DNA from: an uncultured Marinoscillum sp.
GTDB taxonomy: Bacteria; Bacteroidota; Bacteroidia; Cytophagales; MED-G16
Reading direction: 5' to 3'
Length of the DNA: 64,000 nt
Assembly (NCBI GenBank): GCA_902523065.1
Contig: CABYXZ010000001.1
Span: forward strand, 194,473-258,472
Below the pieces are notes generated by a model that was not told where the DNA came from, did not search any database, and saw only the letters and a list, made by a program, of their open reading frames with translations. This document shows, piece after piece, positions 28,477 to 37,085 of this stretch. Every line of letters starts with the position of its first letter. Position 1 is the first letter of the stretch. The position numbers and the translations under genes are program-made.

Positions 28477-28914
28477 CTATTTTTTATTTTTTTCACCAAA
28501 GAAGTATAAAGAATGATTTTTAATCTTAACATCAAACATTTCCTCCAGTGTGTTTTTGATAGATTGTATTCTTGGATCACAGAACTCAATAATTTCTTCA
28601 TTATCTAATATAATATGATCATGCTGTCTAAATCCAAACGATTTTTCATATTTAGCAATATTTTCTTTGAATACATGTCTTGATACCAACTCTAGACTGA
28701 CAAGTAAATCCAAGGTATTATAAATAGTTGCTCTACTAACTCTATATTTTTTTTTTATCATTTGAGAATAAAGCTCATCAGCATCGAAGTGATGATCAAA
28801 AGAATATATTTCTTTAATAATGGCATACCTTTCCTGAGTCTTTCTTAAACCTTTAAGTTCAAGATGTTTATCTAATATTTTTTTTACCTGTTCAAGAATT
28901 AATTTATTATCCAT
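28477..28914 (-). CDS. fur: Fur family transcriptional regulator
   Basis: RKTQERYAI, HHFDADELY, VSRATIYNTLDLL, QHDH and EFCDPRI. ATG at 28914 preferred. It sits in the conserved rel-fur-purA order. Confidence 0.88.
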   Translation of the reverse strand: MDNKLILEQVKKILDKHLELKGLRKTQERYAIIKEIYSFDHHFDADELYSQMIKKKYRVSRATIYNTLDLLVSLELVSRHVFKENIAKYEKSFGFRQHDHIILDNEEIIEFCDPRIQSIKNTLEEMFDVKIKNHSLYFFGEKNKK

Positions 28915-28918
28915 AAAA

Positions 28919-31135
28919 CTAGTCAACTCGGTTCACAAAAGTTACATTTTTAACTTTCTGTAATTTCTTTATCAATTTAGATAATTGCAAGGTATCAGAA
29001 ACAAATAATTCAATCTTTCCATGGAAAATTCCATCTTTCAAGTCCACGTTAATTGATTTCATATTAACCTTTAATTGAGATGAAATTATTTTTGTTACAT
29101 CATCAATGACGCCTACCCTATCCGTTCCATCAATAATTAAAGATGTAATTAAGTTAGTATCAGAATGAGAATACCAATTTGCCTTAATTATTCTGTAACC
29201 ATATTTTGAGAGTAACTCTGGAGAATTCTTACAACTTGTCCTGTGAACTTTTATTCCTTCATTGACCGAAACAAAACCAAAAATATCATCACCTGGGATA
29301 GGTTTACAGCATTTTGAGAGTGAATATTTTATGTCATCCCTCTTACCTTCAAACTCCACTAATTTGGATTTTAGAACGGCTTTTCTTGTAAGTTTTGACC
29401 TATCAATATCTTTATTGATTACTGCGCTCTTATTTTTATCCTTAATTTCTTTTTCATAATCAACATACTCTTTAATTCTCTTCAGATTAAATGTTCCCTT
29501 TGCTATTTCATAATAAAACTCTATAATGCTTTTATACTGAAAATAACTAGCAACCTTTGATATATTCTCATCAAATTCAATTTTTAATTGTTTCAATTTT
29601 CTCTTTAGTAAGTCCTTTCCCTGATTAGAAATATTTTTTCTTTGCCTAGTAATTTTTGCTTTGATTGCTGACTTTGCTTTCGATGTAACCACTTTATTTA
29701 ACCAGTCCTCATTTGGTTTTTGATTTGAAGATGTCAATAATTCAACTTGATCTCCTGAGGACAGGTTATGGTTTATAGGAACTAATTTATCATCAATTTT
29801 AGCACCAGTACATTTTGATCCTAACTCCGAATGAATAGAGAATGCAAAATCTAAAACTGTAGAGTTATTTGGTAATGTTATTAAATCTCCTTTAGGTGTA
29901 AAAACAAAAATTTCGTCGTTATACAAGTTTCCTTTAAAATCATCTAAAAATTCTTGAGGAGAATAATTTTTTTGGCTAATTAAATCTTTAACTGAACTTA
30001 TCCAATTATCAAACTGAGAATTTCCTTTAAGTTTTTCTTTATATTTCCAATGGGCAGCAAATCCTTTCTCAGCTATATCGTTCATTCTTTCACTCCTTAT
30101 CTGTACTTCAACCCATTTACCAGAATTACTCATAACAGTCGTGTGTAAGGATTCATAGCCATTCGTCTTGGGAGTAGCAATCCAATCTTTTAACCTGTCA
30201 GGATTTGGTTGATAGCAATCCGTCACACATGAATATGCTTTCCAACAATGGCTTTTTTCATCATCCAATTTTGATTTGAGAACAATTCTGACGGCAAAAA
30301 TATCATAAATCTCTTCAAAAGATTTATTCTGATTTTTTATCTTATTATTTATAGAATATATGGATTTTGTTCTCCCCTTAATCTTATATTCAAGTTTACT
30401 TTCAATAAGCTTCTTTTTGATTGGCCTTATGAATTTTCTGATAAACTTGTCTCTTTCTGATTTACTATCCTTTAATTTCTTTTTTATCTTTTTGTACATC
30501 TTTTTTTCTGTATACTTTAGATATAAATCATCCAATTCTGACTTTATAGAAAATAAACCTAGACGGTGAGCTATGGGAGAATATATATAAATAGTCTCTG
30601 ATGAATTCTTAAGTTGTGCACTTCTTGACATGCTATCAAGGGTTCTCATATTATGTAATCTGTCAGCAATTTTTATTAATATAACTCTCATGTCATCTAC
30701 TAGAGTTAATAACATTTTTTTGAAATTTTCAGATTGAAGAGATGATCCTGGAGTAAATACGCCTCTAATTTTTGTTAATCCATCGCATAAATTAGCAACT
30801 GTTTTACCAAACTCTTTCTCTATAAAATCTAAAGTATAGTCAGTGTCTTCAACAACATCATGAAGCAATGCTGCAATAATAGAGGTAGTTCCTAGACCTA
30901 TTTCTTGAACACAGATCTGAGCTACGCTAATTGGATGAATTATATATGGCTCTCCTGATTTTCTTCTCATGTCTTTATGTGCATCAAGAGCTATTCTAAA
31001 TGCTTTTTTGATTTTTTTTGAATCAGAACTATTAATAATTGACTTAGAATGTCTTAGTAGTTTTCTGTAAGCACTAACAATTAATTTATTATCCTCTTCT
31101 TTGGTCTTAACTGAATATTTTACTTTCATATACAT
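28919..31135 (-). CDS. relA: Bifunctional (p)ppGpp synthetase/hydrolase
   Basis: HD motif AALLHDVVED, IKIADRLHNMRTL, NGYESLHTTV, EVQIRS, TGS (FVFTPKG) and a C-terminal ACT domain. Confidence 0.95.
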   Translation of the reverse strand: MYMKVKYSVKTKEEDNKLIVSAYRKLLRHSKSIINSSDSKKIKKAFRIALDAHKDMRRKSGEPYIIHPISVAQICVQEIGLGTTSIIAALLHDVVEDTDYTLDFIEKEFGKTVANLCDGLTKIRGVFTPGSSLQSENFKKMLLTLVDDMRVILIKIADRLHNMRTLDSMSRSAQLKNSSETIYIYSPIAHRLGLFSIKSELDDLYLKYTEKKMYKKIKKKLKDSKSERDKFIRKFIRPIKKKLIESKLEYKIKGRTKSIYSINNKIKNQNKSFEEIYDIFAVRIVLKSKLDDEKSHCWKAYSCVTDCYQPNPDRLKDWIATPKTNGYESLHTTVMSNSGKWVEVQIRSERMNDIAEKGFAAHWKYKEKLKGNSQFDNWISSVKDLISQKNYSPQEFLDDFKGNLYNDEIFVFTPKGDLITLPNNSTVLDFAFSIHSELGSKCTGAKIDDKLVPINHNLSSGDQVELLTSSNQKPNEDWLNKVVTSKAKSAIKAKITRQRKNISNQGKDLLKRKLKQLKIEFDENISKVASYFQYKSIIEFYYEIAKGTFNLKRIKEYVDYEKEIKDKNKSAVINKDIDRSKLTRKAVLKSKLVEFEGKRDDIKYSLSKCCKPIPGDDIFGFVSVNEGIKVHRTSCKNSPELLSKYGYRIIKANWYSHSDTNLITSLIIDGTDRVGVIDDVTKIISSQLKVNMKSINVDLKDGIFHGKIELFVSDTLQLSKLIKKLQKVKNVTFVNRVD

Positions 31136-31179
31136 AAAGATAAATTAAATTAATTTTTCTCATTAAAATAATTTATCTC

Positions 31180-31187
31180 TAGATTTG
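31180..31187 (+). promoter_or_regulatory. Candidate -7 promoter box for tRNA-Leu/tig/clpP
   Basis: TAGATTTG matches TAnnTTTG, 16 bp before the tRNA. Confidence 0.55.
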
Positions 31188-31203
31188 CAAACCTTATAAT
31201 AAA

Positions 31204-31285
31204 GCGGATGTGGCGAAATTGGTAGACGCACTAGACTTAGGATCTAGCGCCGAGAGGCATGGGGGTTCGAGTCCCTCCATCCGCA
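31204..31285 (+). tRNA. tRNA-Leu (anticodon TAG)
   Basis: Acceptor stem GCGGATG/CATCCGC, anticodon arm CTAGA-CTTAGGA-TCTAG, long variable arm, GGTTCGAGTCC T-loop. CCA is not encoded. Confidence 0.96.
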
Positions 31286-31303
31286 CATTTAAAATATAAA
31301 AAG

Positions 31304-32635
31304 TTGAAAATCAACAAAAAAAAAATTTCAAATACCGAATCTTCAATTGACATTATTATTGAAAACAAGGATTACATAAATCCATTCGAAAGTAAACTTA
31401 AAGAGTTAAAAAAAAGAGTAAATCTAAAAGGGTTTAGACCTGGAATGGTACCAGTACAGCTGATCAAGAAAATGTATGGTAAATCAGTACTAATAGAAGA
31501 AATAAATAAAATAATTAGCGAAAAAATTAATAGCTACATTAAAGAAGAGAGAATTAAAATTATTGGAGAACCAATAGCTAAAGAAAGCGACATCGACAAA
31601 GCTGATTTAAATAATTTAAAAGACATTTTTTTTAAGTTTCATGTAGGTCATCTCAGTGACTTTAAAATTGAATCATTTTCAAAAAAAAATAAGTTCACAC
31701 TTTACAATATAAAGGTAGAAAGTAAAACAATAAATGAAACAATTGAAAACCTAAAAGTTCAATATGCAGATGTTAATAATCTAAAAGAAGTTACGGAAAA
31801 GTCAAACATATATTCGAAAATAACATTCAAGGATAAAGAGCATAAAGGGTTATTGGACATTAAAATATTAGACAAAAAAGAATCAAAAAAATTGATAGGT
31901 AAAAAATTAAATGACAAAATAAATATTGATCTTAAAAAACTCTCAAAAAATGATGAAGGAACAGTTTCTCAGATATTAGGTGACTCAATAAAATTAAAAG
32001 ATATACCATCTAAGGTAGCACTTCAAATTGAAAATATAATTGAAAGAACACCAGCTCAATTAAATACAACATTTTTTGATAAAATTTTTGGTCCTGGAAA
32101 AGTAAAAAACAAAAAAGATTTCAATACTGAAATTAAAAAGTCAATTGAGTTTAATTACATGAGAGAAACTGAATTCTTTCTTAATAGAATTATTGAAAAT
32201 GAATTATTATCAAAAAATAAAATTGATATGCCAAATAGTTATGTTGAGGACTGGGTGAAAAAAAATAATGATGAAGAAACATCAAAAAAAATAATAAATG
32301 AACAGTTTGAAGATTATTGTAAACAAATTAAATGGTCATATATAGTTGATGATATTGTTGAGAAGTATAAAATTTCAGTAGAAAATGAAGAGATTGAACA
32401 GGTTGCAAAAAGTCAAATAGAGCAACAGCTTATGTCATCTGGTATGCAAAATGTTGGGAAAGATATTAATAAGTTCGTAGATAATTATCTTAAGCACAAT
32501 AAAGGCGAAAATTATTTAAAAATCTTTAATCAAGTTAAGTCAAATAAAGTATTTAATAGTATTAAAGAAAAATCAACTATTACAAAAAAGTCTATAACAT
32601 TTGATAAATTTAAAACGTTAGCTAGTAAATTGTAG
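31304..32635 (+). CDS. tig: Trigger factor
   Basis: Ribosome-binding motif LKGFRPGMVP. The tracked start (31259) lies inside the tRNA, so the in-frame TTG at 31304 was chosen. Confidence 0.88.
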   Translation: MKINKKKISNTESSIDIIIENKDYINPFESKLKELKKRVNLKGFRPGMVPVQLIKKMYGKSVLIEEINKIISEKINSYIKEERIKIIGEPIAKESDIDKADLNNLKDIFFKFHVGHLSDFKIESFSKKNKFTLYNIKVESKTINETIENLKVQYADVNNLKEVTEKSNIYSKITFKDKEHKGLLDIKILDKKESKKLIGKKLNDKINIDLKKLSKNDEGTVSQILGDSIKLKDIPSKVALQIENIIERTPAQLNTTFFDKIFGPGKVKNKKDFNTEIKKSIEFNYMRETEFFLNRIIENELLSKNKIDMPNSYVEDWVKKNNDEETSKKIINEQFEDYCKQIKWSYIVDDIVEKYKISVENEEIEQVAKSQIEQQLMSSGMQNVGKDINKFVDNYLKHNKGENYLKIFNQVKSNKVFNSIKEKSTITKKSITFDKFKTLASKL

Positions 32636-32637
32636 TA

Positions 32638-33306
32638 ATGAACAAAAAGGAATTAAGAAAGTTTTTAGTAAAGGACAAAAATATAAATGGCTTAACCTTT
32701 GACAAGTATGCAGAAAGGGTTGAAAGCATGACAAGAGCTGTAATTGAGGAGAGGCCTACAAATTTTAGAGAGATTGACGTATTTTCTAGGCTTATAATGG
32801 ATAGAATTATATTTCTAGGAATGGGAATTGAGGAAAATATATCAAACATAATCACAGCACAACTGCTATTCCTAGAGTCGGTTGACTCAAAAAAAGATGT
32901 ATTACTTTACATCAATAGTCCAGGTGGTTCAGTATATGCAGGACTTGGTATCTATGATACAATGCAGTATATATCTCCTGATGTTGCAACAATTTGCACA
33001 GGCATGGCTGCATCAATGGGTGCTGTATTGTTATCTGGAGGAGCAAAGGGTAAAAGATCAGCTTTAAAACATTCAAGAGTTATGATTCATCAACCTTCTG
33101 GCGGAATGCAGGGACAATCTACCGACATGGAAATCACTCTCAAACAAATGCAGGAACTTAGGAAAGATCTATATAATATTCTTTCTGAACATACCGGAAA
33201 ATCATACAGTCAAATTGAGAAAGATTCCGACAGAGATAAATGGATGAGATCTGAGGAAGCCAAAGAATATGGTATCATTGACGAAGTATTAACAAGAAAA
33301 TCATAA
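32638..33306 (+). CDS. clpP: ATP-dependent Clp protease proteolytic subunit
   Basis: DVFSRLIMDRIIFLG, YINSPGGSV, GMAASMGA (catalytic Ser) and MIHQP. Confidence 0.97.
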   Translation: MNKKELRKFLVKDKNINGLTFDKYAERVESMTRAVIEERPTNFREIDVFSRLIMDRIIFLGMGIEENISNIITAQLLFLESVDSKKDVLLYINSPGGSVYAGLGIYDTMQYISPDVATICTGMAASMGAVLLSGGAKGKRSALKHSRVMIHQPSGGMQGQSTDMEITLKQMQELRKDLYNILSEHTGKSYSQIEKDSDRDKWMRSEEAKEYGIIDEVLTRKS

Positions 33307-34392
33307 CATTTCCTTGTATATAAGGTCTGCTAATTTTTTAGAAGAATTAGTATCACCGATTTTTCTTCTCAATTCATAAAAATTTTCTCTCATCATCTTC
33401 TTTATCTGATTCTTTTTAAGTGATTTCAATTCATTTGTTAGATTATTAATATTGAAATTATCCTGAATCAACTCTTTTACTATTTCCTTACCCAAAATTA
33501 AATTAACTAACGAAATATGTTTCAACTTAACGAGAAGCCTTGCAATTAAATAAGATGTATAAGAAGCTTTAAAGACAACAACATGAGGAGTATTAGTTAA
33601 AGCGACTTCAAGACTGGCAGTTCCTGACATTACTACAGCAGATTCACATTTATCTAACGATCCGTAAGTATCATCATATACTATCTCCACGTGATCATAC
33701 TTCAATATTCCCTCATACAATAATGAGGAAATATTTGACACGCCAAAAACTAAAAACTTCTCATCTTTAATTTTTTTTACTAATTGGATTAGAATAGGTA
33801 GTGAATATTTGATCTCAGTTTCTCTACTTCCTGGAAAAAGAGCAATATAATTATCTGTCTTTTTTAGTTTATTTTTTTTTATTCTATGAACTAATGGATT
33901 ACCAATATAATTTATGTCTATACCTTTACCCATGAAATAATTTTTCTCAAATGGGAGAATAGAATAGATGCTATTTATGTTTTTTTTTAGAACAATGTTT
34001 CTTTTGGAATTCCAAGCCCAAGTTTTTGGAGGAATATAATAATCAACCTTAATATTATTTCTTTTACAGAATTTTGCAATTTTCAAATTAAAACCAGGAA
34101 AATCAATAAGAAGAACTCTTTTTGGATTTAGTTTTAGTATGTCAATTTTACATTTTTCAATTTTTTTGTATAGAAAATATAATCTCTTTAATACCTCATA
34201 AAATCCCATTACAGAATAAGATTTATAATCCTCAAGCAAAATAGCACCTGCACTTTTTAATAAGTCACCACCCCAACAATGAATTTTTAGATTTGGATTT
34301 ATTTTAAAAAGCTCTTTAACTAACTCAGAACCATGCAAATCTCCTGACCTCTCACCACAAACAATAAATAAATCTGAATTATTTCTCGCCAT
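33301..34392 (-). CDS. lpxB: Lipid-A-disaccharide synthase
   Basis: GERSGDLHG, LIDFPGFNL, YIPPKTWAW, ILPFE, GNPL, FPGSR and SGTASLE. Confidence 0.93.
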   Translation of the reverse strand: MARNNSDLFIVCGERSGDLHGSELVKELFKINPNLKIHCWGGDLLKSAGAILLEDYKSYSVMGFYEVLKRLYFLYKKIEKCKIDILKLNPKRVLLIDFPGFNLKIAKFCKRNNIKVDYYIPPKTWAWNSKRNIVLKKNINSIYSILPFEKNYFMGKGIDINYIGNPLVHRIKKNKLKKTDNYIALFPGSRETEIKYSLPILIQLVKKIKDEKFLVFGVSNISSLLYEGILKYDHVEIVYDDTYGSLDKCESAVVMSGTASLEVALTNTPHVVVFKASYTSYLIARLLVKLKHISLVNLILGKEIVKELIQDNFNINNLTNELKSLKKNQIKKMMRENFYELRRKIGDTNSSKKLADLIYKEML

Positions 34393-34798
34393 AATAATCT
34401 ATAAAATTTCTAGGTGTCTCATATAGACGAATCCTATGTAATTTACAGATATTATCTTGTTTGAGTCTATTCTCCAAAACTTCCCAAAACTTAATTGTCA
34501 CATTCTCAGTTGTTGTAATTACTCCTTCCAAGAATGGAACATCAATATTTAAATTTTTATGATCGACTTTGTCAAGAATTTCTTCCTTTATTATATCAGA
34601 TAATGACTTTAAGTTAATTATCATACCAGAGTCAGTATCAACTTTTCCTTTTACTGTGACTAATATTTCATAATTATGTCCATGCCAATTTTCATTGGAA
34701 CATACTCCGAATACATCTCTGTTTTTTTCCTCAGACCAATCAGGATTATATAATTTATGTGCGGCATTAAAGTGTTCTTTTCTTGTTATGTATATCAT
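34379..34798 (-). CDS. queD: 6-carboxytetrahydropterin synthase / PTPS family
   Basis: FNAAHKL, CSNENWHGHNY, DHKNLN, TTEN and LYETPRN. Confidence 0.85.
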   Translation of the reverse strand: MIYITRKEHFNAAHKLYNPDWSEEKNRDVFGVCSNENWHGHNYEILVTVKGKVDTDSGMIINLKSLSDIIKEEILDKVDHKNLNIDVPFLEGVITTTENVTIKFWEVLENRLKQDNICKLHRIRLYETPRNFIDYYGEK

Positions 34799-35289
34799 AT
34801 TATCAAAACTTTAGGTGAATTTCCAAGCTCTACCTTAACATGTTCTTCAGGTGAAGTACTTAGCTCCAGACCTTTATAATCAGGTATAATTGGAAAATTT
34901 TTATAATTTCTCTCAACTAAAACTCCAACTTGAATCTTTTCAGGTGAAAAGTTAAGAATGGTATTTATAGCGTACATTATAGATGATCCAGAGTTCATTA
35001 CATCATCTACGACAATTACAATTTTATTTTTTAAATCATTAAAATCAAAATCAGATTCCTCACAAGAGATTTTTCTTTTTTTTTTATCAAAGTTAAAATG
35101 AATAGTACTCATACTAATTTCTGAATTTTGCTTAACGCATTCGCTTATTTCTTTGGATAAATATTTTCCATTTGGGAGTAAACCAACCATTATAATTTCA
35201 TCCTTATCAAAATTTTTTTCAATAATTTCAAAAGAGATTCTATTGATCTTATTTTTAATATCACCTGAGTCTAGAATAATATTTTTCAT
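34795..35289 (-). CDS. Phosphoribosyltransferase family protein (PyrR-like)
   Basis: PRPP-binding motif IVIVVDDVMNSG, a PyrR-like N-terminus (RISFEIIE) and PIIPDYKG. Confidence 0.8.
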   Translation of the reverse strand: MKNIILDSGDIKNKINRISFEIIEKNFDKDEIIMVGLLPNGKYLSKEISECVKQNSEISMSTIHFNFDKKKRKISCEESDFDFNDLKNKIVIVVDDVMNSGSSIMYAINTILNFSPEKIQVGVLVERNYKNFPIIPDYKGLELSTSPEEHVKVELGNSPKVLII

Positions 35290-35294
35290 TTATC

Positions 35295-35753
35295 TCATAG
35301 AGGCATCTCTTTATTATCTTTGAAAGTAGATAATATTACCATCGATTGTAAACTATCAGTTGACTCAATTTCACTAACCTTCTCAAGCATTAATTTTTGA
35401 TATGATTCAATATCTTTTGCAACTACCTTTAGTATAAAATCACCAGAACCAGTAATATGATGACACTCTACAATATTTTCAACATCTTTAATTTTCTCAA
35501 TAAATAAATCAAGATTTTTTTTGTTATGACTTTTCAATGATACCATTACGTAAGTACTAACACCCAATCCAATTTTAGATTTATCTAATTTTGCATGATA
35601 GCCACTGATAATTCCTCTAGTTTCTAATTTCCTTACTCTTTCCAGTGTTGGAGCAGGAGATAATCCGATTTCTTTGGATAATCTAGCATTTGTAATTTTA
35701 GCATTTTTTTGAAGAGTCTTCAAAATTTTCTTATCTATAGTGTCTATTTTCAT
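35295..35753 (-). CDS. Lrp/AsnC family transcriptional regulator
   Basis: DTIDKKILKTLQ, HTH LSKEIGLSPAPTLERVRKLE and CHHITGSGDFILKV. Confidence 0.93.
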   Translation of the reverse strand: MKIDTIDKKILKTLQKNAKITNARLSKEIGLSPAPTLERVRKLETRGIISGYHAKLDKSKIGLGVSTYVMVSLKSHNKKNLDLFIEKIKDVENIVECHHITGSGDFILKVVAKDIESYQKLMLEKVSEIESTDSLQSMVILSTFKDNKEMPL

Positions 35754-35832
35754 AAAGAATTTTATTTTGTTAGACGTCTATATTTTAAAGAATGTTTTGG
35801 TTTTTAATAGTTTTTTGATTGATTAAAGAATA

Positions 35833-37023
35833 TTATTTGATTTTCTTAAGATTTAATTTTGCTCTTTGATTTAATTCATCTTTTCTATTTGTTAATTTGA
35901 CAACATTTTTAAAGTAAACTTTTGACTTTTTAAAATCCCCCATATCAAAATAAATTTTTCCAAGATAATAATGAGAATAAAATGAGTACCCTAGTTTTTC
36001 CTTACCTGATATTTCAGCAAGTTCTATTGTCTTCTCATAATTAATAACTGCATTTTTATAATCCATTTTAGCAAAATAATATTCGCCAATAAAAAAATGA
36101 GAAATTCTTGCCTCATCCTGATTATATCCAAACGTATTCAATTTATATTTTTTTATAATATCTCTAGCACTCAAAAATGCTTCAGAAATTCTTCCATTTT
36201 GATATAAGATTTGAGTATAGTACTTATGAAAGATTGAGTTATTAGGATAGGTATCATGAAGATACTTTGAAAGTTGTAATGCTTTTGATAATTTCCTTTC
36301 ACTCAAATAAATTCGCATTAAAAAAAATTGGGCTTCTGTCCTTGTGTAAAAAGAATTTCCAGAAGCATTTTCTAACTGTTCAATACCTTTCAGCTTATCT
36401 CCTTCTGGAAATAATTTAACCAAAGGTTTTAGAAGAGGATATTTATCTGAAATCCAGACTGAGTAATAATTAAAAAGACCATTTCCAAAATCAATTTCTG
36501 GAATCATCATATCATTTTTTTTAATTTCCTTAAGATATTTGATCGCATTTCTACCTGAAAGAGCTGATTGGGTCCATTTTTTTCTGTCAGCAAGAAGTCT
36601 ACCTTTAAATGCAAATGAGGCGGCTAAAAAAAATGCTCCATCAATTTTATTTCCCTCTTTATATACGTCATATGCTTTATCGATTGTTTTATCCATCTGT
36701 GCTAAAAACTTATTATCAAGATTCTTTGTTATTTTTTCAGCTTTTCCAGATGAAGCATCAATTTTCCACCACATACTTAATCCTAAAAGAAAAGAAGGTA
36801 AAGGATGATTTTTATATTCTTGAGATAGCCACAAAAATTCTTTTTCAGCATCATCAAATTGGAAATTGTACATCTTATTTATTGATGAAGTTGATTCGAT
36901 TTGTAAATCGATTTTTTTTAAAATACTAATGGTATCAAAATCTGAACCTTTAAGATTTAAAACACTTAATATTAGAATTTTTGTTATTATTATTTTATGC
37001 AATTGCTTTAATTTAATTAACAA
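35833..37023 (-). CDS. Exported tetratricopeptide-repeat protein
   Basis: Hydrophobic N-terminus, all-helical TPR-like repeats and GNGLFNYYSVWI...GDKLKGIEQL. The start (TTG) is uncertain. Confidence 0.7.
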   Translation of the reverse strand: MLIKLKQLHKIIITKILILSVLNLKGSDFDTISILKKIDLQIESTSSINKMYNFQFDDAEKEFLWLSQEYKNHPLPSFLLGLSMWWKIDASSGKAEKITKNLDNKFLAQMDKTIDKAYDVYKEGNKIDGAFFLAASFAFKGRLLADRKKWTQSALSGRNAIKYLKEIKKNDMMIPEIDFGNGLFNYYSVWISDKYPLLKPLVKLFPEGDKLKGIEQLENASGNSFYTRTEAQFFLMRIYLSERKLSKALQLSKYLHDTYPNNSIFHKYYTQILYQNGRISEAFLSARDIIKKYKLNTFGYNQDEARISHFFIGEYYFAKMDYKNAVINYEKTIELAEISGKEKLGYSFYSHYYLGKIYFDMGDFKKSKVYFKNVVKLTNRKDELNQRAKLNLKKIK

Positions 37024-37085
37024 AATAACTGAATCATTAAGAATAAGGTTATAATAATTTTAATTATTTTCGCATTCATTAGTTC

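Noticed and set aside
31204-31285. tRNA-Leu or tRNA-Arg as integration sites of an island or prophage
   Set aside because: There is no integrase, no duplicated tRNA 3' end, and both tRNAs are followed by ordinary chromosomal genes.
31259-31303. Tracked start of tig at 31259
   Set aside because: It lies inside tRNA-Leu. The in-frame TTG at 31304 gives a normal trigger factor N-terminus.
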